A stretch of 64,000 bases of DNA from Mobula birostris (lineage: Eukaryota), in contig NC_092379.1 in NCBI RefSeq assembly GCF_030028105.1, positions 27,645,821 through 27,709,820 on the forward strand, given 5' to 3'. Within the stretch, counting starts at the first letter, position 1. Each line of letters begins with the position of its first letter. The notes below the pieces were generated by a model. It was not told the origin of the DNA. It saw only the letters and a program-made list of their open reading frames with translations, and did no database searches. Positions 53,150 through 64,000 of the stretch are shown piece after piece. Made by a program: the position numbers and the translations under genes.

Positions 53150-56100
53150 ACGGCCCAATCAGCTGCTGGAGTCGCCATAAGGACAAGGTCTCTCGCAGTT
53201 CGGCGACACCTGTTTAAAAAGGGAGCATCGAGGGCGTTCAGCCTCATTTCCACGACGAAAGAAGCAGGCCACAGCGAAAGTAACAGGCCACAGCGAAAAT
53301 AACAAGCCACAGCGATGAGGTTCTTCGCAGTCGGTTACGCATGCTTGGCGCAATCTAGGCTTCAGCTCGAAAGAGGCGTTGGCTCTGGGTAAGCTTTAAG
53401 TTAATCTTTTTTTTTTCTTCTTATTTTACTGTGCCTAGTTCAGTAATTCGCCGCTGGGTGTTCCTCATGCGGAATGTTGGAGTCCTGGGAGAATCAGAGT
53501 CTCCGAGGGAACTACATTTGCGTGAAGAGCGCCGGTTGCAGCTCGCTGAAGACCGCGTTGGGGATCTGGCGCAGCATCTCAATGGAATGCGGCTTGTACA
53601 TTACAGTGCGGATGCAGTCGATCAGACTTACAGTGAAGTAGTCACCTCGGGTTGAAGGAGGCGAGTAGCTGAGTGACCGTCAGCGGAAATGGAAAGATGA
53701 ACAGACAGTTGGCGTAGCACTCCACTGTGACCATTCTCCTCGATAATAAGAATTCTTTTTTTGGATACTGTTGTGGTGTATGAGTACCCAGGGAATGCGA
53801 CGGAGACGGGTTTATTGATACTGAGCATTGGTCCGTGGTGCAGAAGGGAAAGAAGGTGAAGAAGGGAGCGGTACTCCTAGAGGAGTCAATTGTCAGGGGA
53901 ATCGACAGGAGATCCGGTCGATGTCAATGTGACACCAGAACGGTACGGGCCTCCCAGGTGCCAGTTCAGGAACTTCTCGGATCGCGTGCAAAATATTTTG
54001 AAGTGGGAGGGAGAGCAGTCAGATGCCGTGATACAGGTTAACATAGGAAGGAAAAGAAAATAATTACTGAAAGGAAAATTTGGAAAGCTAGGTAGAAAGC
54101 TGAGAATCAGAACCTGCAGGGTGGTAATGACTGGATTCCTGCCTGTGTCACGCGCCAGAGAAAACAATAGAAAGAGGATGCATTGCGTGGCAGAGAAGCT
54201 GGTTTAGGTGTAGGCATTCAGGTCGCTGTATTTCTGGGATAATTGCTGGGTAGGTTATGTTCAAAAGTGAAGAGTTGCATCTACCACATCATGGTAGGTT
54301 TAAAAGAGCTGAGGGGAGGGTTACAATTAATTTGGCATGTGCGTGGGAACTGGAAAGGAGGCACTTAGGTTGGACGGATGGTATGGGAAAAAAAAAGATA
54401 CCCTGCAGTCAAACGGCCAGGAAAGACAAGCAGATTATAGGATATAATTGCAGCCAGCAGTATAGGCAATTGCAGTAAGGATGCAGAATCCAAAAGAGTA
54501 GCAAATACAGCAGTCAAACTGTGATTCTCAAAGCACTTAGTATAAGAAATTAGATGGACTGTTTTTTTGCACTATTACAGGTTGTCAAGTTTGTTACTTT
54601 GGATATCACTAAATTGTTGCTAAAGGATGGTTCTAGTTGGCAGCTGAATGACGAGGGTTTGACGTTTTATCGGAGGTAAGATGTCGGCAAATGGCATGGC
54701 TCTTCTGGATGCCATCAATTCAGCAGAAAAGTGATATTAGGTCAAAAGAAATTGAAACCCTGTGCGTTAAAAAGGATCATACAGCCGTTATATACAGGCG
54801 TCCAAACACAAGCTAGGTGGTGGAAGACATATTACAACAGGAAATAGAACGGGCGTGTCAAAAGGGAGATTTCAAAATGCAGTTAGATTGGAAAAAGAAG
54901 GATTGGAAATAGATCTGAAGAATATATATATTTTTAAGTGCCTATAAGATGGCTTTTCACAACAGTTTGTCGTTGAGCCGACCAGGGAATCAGTTATAAT
55001 GGATTGGGTGCTATGCAATGAACAGTACCTAATTAGGAAGCTGAAGGTAACAAAAAAAAAAAAAATCCTTCGGAGCCAGTGTTAACAGTATGTTTCAGTT
55101 CAGCTTGGAATTTAAAAGGGAGTTAGTAAAGTCTGATGTAACAGTACTTCAGTGGTGTGCATGAAATTAAAATGGTATGAAGGAGATTTGGCCAAAGTAA
55201 ATTAGAAGTAGAGGCTGGCAAGGGTGACAGAAAAAAAAAAAAAAAAAAAAAAAACATCAATAGCGTGATAAAATAAGGGAGTTGGATAATGGATGTATTA
55301 ACACAGAAATGAGTACTCAAAGGGCAAAATAGTACAGCCTTGGCTGACAAGGAAAGTCAAAGCTAACGTAAAAAGCAAAAGAGCGGGCCTACAAAGAAGA
55401 TACAATAGGTTGGCAGAGAGTGTATTCGGTGGCTTTTAAAACTCTACAGAGAACAAATAAAAAATCGTTAGAAGGGTAAAGAAGAAACATGACCGCAGGG
55501 TAGCAAACAATATCAGAGTAGTAAAAGCTTCCTCATCTATGTATAAAGAATGATAAAACAGTGATGAGACTGGATATGAAACCGCCAGAAATTGAGGCCA
55601 GAGAAATAACAACGAAGCACAAGGAGATGGCAGATATGCATATTTTATCAGTATTACTGTGGAAGAATCCAGCAGTATGCCAGATGTTTACGGGTGTGAG
55701 AGAAGATTAGTCTGTGTGGTTAATAACGTGTTCAAAATGCTGAAAGATATAAGGGGAAAAATGTCACCCAGGAAGGAGAAACAGCACCCTAGGTTTCTGA
55801 AAGAGGTAGCGGCTAAGATTGTAAAGATTATTAAAGATCTTTCAGAAATCATTGCATGGCATGGTGACAGAAGACTGGTAATTCTAAATTTCAGTCCACT
55901 CTTTGAGAAAGTAAGAAGGCAGTAAAAGTGAAATTATCGAGCCGTTAAACTGACCTCAGTGCTTGGATGTTAGAGTCAATTGTTAAGGTTGAGGTTATGG
56001 AGTACTTGGTGACACAGGGCAAGATAGGACGAAGTCAACATGGTTTCCTTAAGGTAAAATAGTTTCTGACGAAACTGCTAGAACGTTTGAGGAGATTCCA

Positions 56101-57362
56101 ATTAAGGTGGATAAGGCTGTGCGGGGCGGGGGAGGTGTACAAGATGTTGTCTATTTAGAATTTCAGGAGGATGCTGATAAGGTGCCAAAGATGAGGCAGT
56201 TTACCAAGTTGGGAGCCCATGGCACTACAGGAAAGTTATTGGAGTGATTAGCGCATTGGCTGATTGGTAGGAGGCAACGAATTTGAACAAAGTGGGACTT
56301 TTCTGCTTTGCAGCCAGAACATAGTTTTGTTTCGCAAGGATCGCTGCTGGGATTGTTTCTTTCAAAGTTGTATATGAAATATTTAGATAAACGGATAGAT
56401 GGCTTTGTCGCAAAGTTTGCAGCTGATATGCAGGTTGGTGTGGCGGGGGCATATAGCGCTAAGGATACAGTTTGGCTGCACAAGGACTTGCACAGGCTAC
56501 GATAATGTGCACGAGAACAGAAAATGAAATAAATGTGCATACTATACTCCAGTTTGTAGAAATAAATGTGCAGCTTATACTCTAAACAGGGAAAATTTGA
56601 AAAAAAAAAGATGCATATGGACTTAGAAGTTCTTTTGCAGAGCACCCTAAAGGATACCTCCCAGACAGATGCTGTGGTGGGAACGGAAATCCAATGTTAG
56701 GATTCTTTTCCAGAGTAGCAATGTGATGCTGAGGCTTTATGGGACACTGGTAAAATCCCAGGTTCAGTACTGTGATCAATGTTTGCTCCTCATCTGGGAA
56801 AATACGTGCTGGTTTTGATGAGGATTCAGAGGAGGTCCACAAGAGTGTTTCTGGGAATAGAAATGGTTATCATACGAGGAACGTTTGATATCTCTGGGTC
56901 TATATAGCTGGTATTTGCGGGATGAGGGAAATTCGCATCAAAACCTTGAGAATGTTGAAATGCCTAGGCAGTGCAGATGTAGAAAGGATCTCACTACATC
57001 TACATCTACATCTACATCTACATCTGCATCAAGTTGCTACAAAGAGTGTGTCTAGAAGAGGAGCGCACAGTCTCAGAATAGAGGGGCATCCTTTTAACAC
57101 AGGTGAAGAGATTTTCTTGAAGCCAGAGGGTGATGAATCTGTGAAATTCATTAGCACAGGCAACTGTGGAATCTATGTCGTTGTGTATATTTAAGGTAGA
57201 GCATGATTTACTGTTGATTGGACGTAGCATCAAAGATCACGGGGAGAAGACTCGGAAGTGGGACTGAGGACCTGAATATACAGCAGCCTTGATTGAATGG
57301 CACAGCGGACTCACTGGGCCAAATGGCCGATTTCTGCTCCAATGTCCTATGGTCTTATGTTC
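53150..57362 (+). mobile_element. Full-length but decayed CR1 LINE (5' UTR, ORF1 with SGNH-esterase remnant, endonuclease, RT, 3' tail)
   Basis: 5' region with CCAAT and three 19-bp repeats (53265-53314); AVLLEESIVRGIDRR (GDSIVRG motif); QGSLLGLFL...YLD...FVAKFAADMQVG; tail TCCTATGGTCTTATG. Confidence 0.85.
56994..57030. repeat. (CTACAT)n hexamer microsatellite inside CR1
   Basis: Direct tandem repeat; explains the HLHLHL ORF. Confidence 0.9.
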
Positions 57363-58559
57363 TTACATATTCTGGGAAGATGAAGTAGCATGGGATGTTA
57401 GCGCTGCTTCTTCCCAATCTTCCGCTCCCGCTCTGCCCGCCTCCAGCCCGGGAATGCCTCCACCTTCCCACTTACGTCTGTATTTACTCCGCTTGTTTCT
57501 GCTGCCGGCGCCTCCACTGCTCCCAATTTGGACTCCGCACTAATTGTTGAGACTATCTGTGCACCCGCTCCCAGTATGACTTGCTGCTGGATTGTGTTTG
57601 ATGTCTGTGTACTGTCCCGCTGACCCAGGATCTGCCCTTCCCCGTCTGCTTTAATCCGCTCGAGCCCTCGCAGAATAATGGCAATGACGTGTACAGCAGA
57701 ATGCAGTGCTTGTTCTGTCATTGTCGTGGAGGGGCAACGCGGCGCGTGCTCTTATTTTGAATCACGACAACTTCAGGCCGTATGCGTTCTACCTTGCCAC
57801 AGAAGAACTTAAACGGCCAGCATTTGCCAAGATTCAGAGTGATCGATCTCTTTTTGAGGACTTCGGACTTGTCGACGGTACAGTGGGAGTATAAATCTGA
57901 CAACGTCCGCATAAAAAAACAGATACTTTTCATGGGATAAGAATCTCCATAAAAATTCCCGAGGCTAAAAATAAACTTATTTCTGCTCTGGCGAATATTC
58001 CTTCTCCATCTCACTGTGTTGGGTGTAAGCTAGAATGTCCAAAATAACTAGTCACCAGCATTAAACTTTTCTTTAAAAATATAGCAGTATTCTGGTGAAT
58101 TTTGGGAAATGACGAAGTATGGGATACTAACCACTATATGAAAGAAAAAAAAAATAATATAAAACAATACGTTTGATTCGTTGGCGTAGCAAGGGAGGGC
58201 TTGCTGAGTCATCCACATGTTTACTTGTTTACAAAACTGTTACCTTCCAAATACCCAGCTCACTGTGTAGCTGGTTACCTTCAGTGATTATTTTGTTTAT
58301 GTATTTTGATGCAGAACTGGGTAAAGACAGTTGTTCTGTTCAAGGCAAGCTAGACGCTGAAATACCGTTGTTTACAGATTATCTTTCAACAAATATTCTG
58401 TTCTAGGTTTTTCGTTGTGAACAAGAAGTAAACTGCAGTGGTTAAGACCTTTCCCTTTGATATTGGGTACAAAGCTGTGCAAAGTAAAGTAACCTAGATT
58501 TCACCATCAGCGATGGATCGACATATCTTAACGATCACAGGTTACTTAAAAGTGCGCAG

Positions 58560-59040
58560 AAGACATCAAGACCACAGGAAAATCATTTTACACCTCAGTC
58601 TGAAGCTATAACTGAACATAAGCGTGTTATCCCTACTAAAAGTCCAGAATGCTGTCTTCAGGTCTTTAACAGCAGCTGACATGAGAAAGCCTCTGCAGAG
58701 AGAAACTCCATAAGGAGACCAGACCAGAACACATAGCAGTCCACCAGGCAAGGAGTGTGCATCCCTGCTCACAACGACTTTATGGAATTATTGAAGAGTG
58801 ATTTCATCCTGTCATCATATCTTGCACCAAAGAGCTCGCTTCTTAAATCTGAGCTAGTACCGTCCGGTGAGACTGACGCCAAAGATCATGAATTGCTTTA
58901 AATATCTGGTTATGCTAAAGCCCAGTTGTGCAACAGAGACGGCTTTCAGAGAGCAGGTGGGAGAACTTAAATCCTGTTGCCAGATAAATAACCTCTTCCT
59001 CAATGTCAGCAGCCAAAGGATATGGCGTTTGTACACGTAA
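58560..59040 (+). mobile_element. Rex1/Babar- or L2-like RT fragment
   Basis: FREQVGELKSCCQINNLFLNVS matches the YR.EV..L..WC..NNL.LNV motif. Confidence 0.55.
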
Positions 59041-59820
59041 TACTCATAACTCTCTCAGCATCAATACAAAGTAATAGAAACTGAGTGCACTTTAAATAGC
59101 CTGGGAGTGCACATCGCGGCCAAATTCTCGATATCCCAGAACAAATCCGAATCGATTAGGAAACCTTATTCATGACTTTACTTCATGAGTAGTTTACAGA
59201 GAGTTGTATTGCGCCTATCTACCCTCATGTCCATCTGCAGATGTGCAGTAGAGAGTACAGGTATTCTAAAAAGCTGTGTCACTGCACGGAATAAAATAGT
59301 TCTGCCGCGGAAAGGGGGGATCAACAGACAGTGGTCAGATTGTTCAAAACATAACTAGTACCAGCCTACACGCCAGCAAATACATACATACAGAAACGTC
59401 CAGTAATATCATGAATGATCCAATCAGGTAACTCATACACTACTATCCCATTCCCTTTACATAGAAAGCTAAGTACCATTCACCCAAGGACAGCCAGGCT
59501 CAGCAGCAGTTTTTTTTTTTTTTTGTCATTTTTTCCAAAGACAGAGAGAGAATGAGAGAGAGAGAGATCATTAGAGCAAGAGAGCTAGTTATGACATTCA
59601 TCTCGGCACCAAAGTATTAGTCGACATTTTACAAGGAAAAGATCAATCGGATCTGCTTCTGCATCCACACACTCCCCAAACACACACACTACGAAGAACG
59701 CTCTGTTTGAATTTCATTGTTCATATTTGCCATACCGTGTGAACAAATATTTCACAAAACGATGCAGGTAGCGAGTCTCTCGTTCTTATTCTGACACCGG
59801 AAACTGTCGTGCAGGTAGAT

Positions 59821-59848
59821 CACAGCGATTGCTTCTCAGACAAATCAA
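59821..59848 (+). other. 12-spacer RSS-like motif facing the V RSS
   Basis: CACAGCG + ATTGCTTCTCAG (12 nt) + ACAAATCAA. Nonamer matches consensus only in the first 5 bases. Confidence 0.35.
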
Positions 59849-59958
59849 GTGAAACTATTGGAACTGGAACAGATCTTCGTGCCATGAAGAAACCACAATT
59901 AGGACGCAGGTGCAGATATATCCAGCTGCACCGGGAAAATAATATATTAGGCATAATG

Positions 59959-59996
59959 TGTTTTTGTACGGGGATTAAGTAAAATAAATCATTGTG
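59959..59996 (-). other. Recombination signal sequence of the V segment (23-type, 22-nt spacer)
   Basis: Minus strand: CACAATG, 22 nt (ATTTATTTTACTTAATCCCCGT), ACAAAAACA, directly after ...TGTGCCCTCAACCG. Confidence 0.9.
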
Positions 59997-60303
59997 CGGT
60001 TGAGGGCACAGTAATAAACTGCAGAGTCGCTTAATTGCAGCGATGAGATTGTCAAAATTGTTAATTTCCTTTCCGCTTCCAGATGGATATTGAAGCGAGT
60101 TTGGGCAAAATCTGCTTTATCTTCACCTCCGGAGTAATATTTTGTCAATATGTACTGGAGTCTTCGATCTGACCTTTGCCGGTACCAAGATAAGTAATAG
60201 TATGCGAATGTAGTTTCATAGCTGCAGCTGAACACCGTAGTCCTCTCTTCTGTCTTCACTGCTGGTAACTTCGTCTGAGTGACAGTGTTACCATCACTTG
60301 GAT
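59997..60303 (-). CDS. T-cell receptor alpha/delta-type variable gene segment, V exon
   Basis: Open V-set Ig domain: NTVTQ...FSCSYETTFAYYYLSWYRQ...LTISSLQLSDSAVYYCALN, with canonical Cys-Trp-Cys. Acceptor TTTTCAG at 60304-60310 (phase 1). RSS follows directly. Confidence 0.93.
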
Positions 60304-60393
60304 CTGAAAATAATGTCATACAATAAAACATTAAATAGTCAGCATTCGGAATTCAGGTTCGAGAATAGTTTTATTTGTGTGCTGAGCATTTAC

Positions 60394-60439
60394 CAGTTAA
60401 CCACGCTCCACACACTATCCAGAGGATGAACCTTCGCAT
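60394..60439 (-). CDS. Leader (signal peptide) exon of the TCR V segment
   Basis: ATG at 60439 reads MRRFILWIVCGAWLT, then G|GTAAAT donor. 46 nt, phase 1, splices in frame to the V exon across a 90-nt intron. Confidence 0.88.
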
Positions 60440-60730
60440 ATTTCCATAAATGGTGGGCTGATTGATATTCTTCTCAGAAAATTGTCGCAAGGTTTCAGGA
60501 TATTCAAATTGTACTGTTTTTCACGGGTGATACTTTTGTTACAGTGGTACGGAAGCCAAATTCAAAGCAAGGGGAAGACGATCTTTTACCACATGCTCCG
60601 CCTACTTCCCTGATGCGACGTGGACGAAGTACCGCTAGGACAGCAGCTACCAACTTTCTTATGCCATGAACCCCTATAATTACGGAGGGGTACGTGTCCA
60701 GAGGGTGGATTCTCTTGAACGTGGAAAAAG

Positions 60731-60963
60731 NNNNNNNNNNNNNNNNNNNNNNNNNNNNNNNNNNNNNNNNNNNNNNNNNNNNNNNNNNNNNNNNNNNNNN
60801 NNNNNNNNNNNNNNNNNNNNNNNNNNNNNNNNNNNNNNNNNNNNNNNNNNNNNNNNNNNNNNNNNNNNNNNNNNNNNNNNNNNNNNNNNNNNNNNNNNNN
60901 NNNNNNNNNNNNNNNNNNNNNNNNNNNNNNNNNNNNNNNNNNNNNNNNNNNNNNNNNNNNNNN
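60731..60963. other. Assembly gap (233 N)
   Basis: Run of N. Confidence 1.
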
Positions 60964-61109
60964 GCACTGTCTCCCATAATATAAAACTACTGGAGTTACT
61001 GGAAATCTGGAAAGAACAAACGGCAGCTCTGCCAGAAAGATGTCGCGGAGAATATAACATTTTTGAATGAGAGGAAGCATTCACGTTGACATTCCAGTAG
61101 ATGTCTTCA

Positions 61110-63900
61110 TACCATAAAAGCATATAACAATTACAGCACGGAATCAGGCAATCTCGGCCATTCTAGTCTGTGTCGAACTCATACGCTCACCCAGTCCCAC
61201 CGACCTGCACTCAGCCCATAACCATCTATTCCTTTCATGTCCATATATCTATACAAATTAACTTTAAACGACAACATCGAGCCTGCCTCAACTACTTCTG
61301 CTGGAAGCTCGTTCCATACAGCTACCACTCTCTGACTAAAGAAGTACCCCCTAATGTTACCCTTAAACTTTTGCCCTTTAACTCTCAACTCATGTACTCT
61401 TGTTCGAATCTTCCCCATTCACAATGGAAAGAGCCGATCCACCTCAACTCTATGAACCCCTCTCATAATTTTAAACACATCTATCAAGAACCACCCCCCC
61501 CCCAACCTTCTACGCGCTCCAAAGAGCAAAGGATAAAGAATAAAGTTGTTCAACCTTTCTCTGTAACTTCGGTGATGAAACCCAGGCAACATTTTAGTAA
61601 ACCTCCTCTGTACTCTCTCAAATTTATTGACATCGTTCTTATAATTCGGTGACTAGAACGGTACACAATACTCCAAATTTGGCCTTACCAATGTATTATA
61701 CAATTTCAGCATTACATCCCAACAACTATACTGAATGCTCTGATTACTTAGGGCAGCATACCAAAAGCTTTCTTCACCACCCTATCCACATGAGATTCCA
61801 CCTTCAGGGATCTATACACCATTATTCATAGATCTCTCTGTTCTACAACTTTCTTCAATGCCCTACCATTTACCATGCATGTCCTATTTTGATTAGTCCT
61901 ACCAAAATGTAGCACATCACATTTTTCAGCATTAAACTCCATCTGTTATCATTCAGCCCACTCTTCTAACTGGGTAAATCTCTCTGCAAGCTTTGAAAAC
62001 TTACTTCATCATCCACAACGCAACCTATCTTAGTGTCACCTGCATACTTACTAATCCAATTCACCACCTTATTATCCAGATCATTAATATATATGACAAA
62101 CAACATTGGATCCAGTGCAGATCTTTGAGGAACACTAGTTATTTACCATACTCTCTGGCATCTCCTATTTATCCACTGCTGAATCCATTTTACTACTTCG
62201 ATATTAATGCCTAAAGATTGAACTTTCCTAACTAACCTTGCATGTGGAACCTTTGCAAAGGCCTTACTGAAGTCAATATAGACAACATCTATCGCTTTAC
62301 CCTCGTCAACTTTCCTACTTTCACAATTCAATAAGATTTGTCAAATATGACCTTCCACAAACAAATCCATCTTGACTGTTCCTAATCGTGCCCTGTCTAT
62401 CCAGATAATTACATATACCATCTCTAAGAATATTTTCCATCAAATTACCCAACACTGACGTCAAACTCACAGGCCGATAATCGCCATGTTTACTCTTAGA
62501 ACCCTTTTTAAACAATAGAACCACATGAGCAATACATCAAATCTCCAGCATCATCCCCGTTTCTAATGACATTTGAAATATTTCTGTCGGAGCCTCTACT
62601 ATTTCCACACTAAATTCCTTCAAGGTCCTAGGGAATATCTTGTCCGGACCCAGAGACTTATCCACTTGTATATTCCTTAAAAGTGTCAGTACTTCCTCTT
62701 CTTTAATTGTCATACTTTCCATAACTACGCTTCTTGTTTCCTTTCCCTTAGACAGTTCAATATTCTTCTCCTTAGTGAATAGCGAGGAAAAGAAATTGTT
62801 CAAAATCTCCCCCATCTCTTTTGACTCCGCACATAGCCGTCCACTCTGATTCTCCAAGGAACTAAATTTATCCCTCACTATCCTTTTGCCACTAACATCA
62901 CTGTAGAAACCCTTTTGATTTATTTTCACCTTACTCGCGAAAGCAGCCTTGTATCTTCTTTTAGCCTTTGTAATTTCTTGCTTAAGATTCTTTTTGTATT
63001 CTTTATATTCCTCGAGCACCTCAGTAACTCCAAGCTGCCGATATTTATTGAAGTTCCCTCTCTTTTTCCGAACCAAGTTTACAATATCCCTTGAAAACCA
63101 TGGCTCTCTGAAAGTTTTTTTTCCTTTCCTTTCAACCTAACAGTTACATAAATGTCCCGTACCCTCAAAATTTCATCTTTAAATGACCTCCATTTCTCTG
63201 TTACATCCTTCCCGTAAAACAAATTGTCCCAATCCACTCCTTCTAAATCATTTCGCATCTCCTCAAAGTTAGCCTTTCCCCAATCAAAAATCTCAATCCT
63301 AGGTCCGGTCCTATCTTCCTCCATAATTACACTGAAAGTAATAGTATTGTGATCACTGGACCCGAAGTGTTCCCCAACACATGCCTCCGTCACTTGCCCA
63401 TCTCATTCCCTAACAGGAGACCCAACACTGCCCCTTCTCTAGTTGGTACCTCTATGTGTTGCTCCAAAAATTATCTTGCACACTTTTCACAAACTCCAAA
63501 CTATCCAGCATTTTTACTGAATGGGCTTCACAGTCTATGTGTCGGAAATTAAACTCTCCTACAATTACAACCTTGTGCTTACTACAAATATCTTCTGTCT
63601 CCTTACAAATATGCTCCTCCAGTTCTCGGTCCCTATTAGGTGGTCTATAATACACCCTTATAAGCGTGACAGCACCTTTCCTTTTCCTCAGTTCAACCCA
63701 CCTAGCCTCCCGAGAGGAGTTGACTAACCTATCCTGCCAGAACACCGCTGTTATATATTCTCTGACAAGCAATGCGACAACTCCCCTTCGAGTCCCTCCT
63801 ATTCTATCACACCTGAAGCAACGGAATCCTGGAATATTTAGTTGCCAGTCATACTCCTCCTGCAACCACGTTTCAGTAATTGCTACAACATCATATCTCC
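61110..63900 (-). mobile_element. CR1 LINE ORF2 (endonuclease and RT) with 3' end, frameshifted, relatively young
   Basis: YDVVAITETWL, GSSDHNTITF, LFKKGSKSKHGDYRPVSLTS, VYIDFSKAFAKVPH, FFSQRVVAVWNELP. Confidence 0.93.
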
Positions 63901-64000
63901 AGGAGATACTTATTAATAAAATGGATGCCACTGTTCCCGATTGCCCCATAACTGAAAGGATGCATGAAATGGGAAATAAATAAAAACAAGAAAAATATGA

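Noticed and set aside
44560-58270. Other CACAGTG/CACTGTG heptamers (~44565, 46225, 53725, 58011, 58261)
   Set aside because: No nonamer at 12 or 23 nt in the right orientation.
60504-61123. ORFs spanning X runs
   Set aside because: Artefacts of the N gap.

Overview
Vertebrate genomic DNA, very likely a cartilaginous fish (ray/skate-type repeat landscape; inference). Most of the window is decayed, nested transposable elements: CR1, Rex1/Babar, L1 and R4/Dong LINEs, several Gypsy LTR families including PNMA-type gag, Penelope-like elements with hammerhead-ribozyme-type termini, a tRNA SINE and a Tigger-like fragment. Two host genes are well supported, both on the minus strand. One is a two-exon rhodopsin-class GPCR of the GPR139-like type (34397->32486, 322 aa, DRY changed to DCY). 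The other is a complete T-cell-receptor alpha/delta-type V segment (leader 60439-60394, V exon 60303-59997, RSS with 22-nt spacer). I recognised no D, J or C segment in the ~59 kb downstream of the V. The best second-look items are a 12-spacer RSS-like motif facing the V RSS across a RUNX/E-box cluster, a ~113-bp-arm inverted repeat in the GPCR 3' region with the first poly(A) signal in its loop, and the GPCR-TCR V linkage. All calls are by eye, with no database searches. TE boundaries are approximate unless a target-site duplication is quoted. A 233-N gap lies at 60731-60963.
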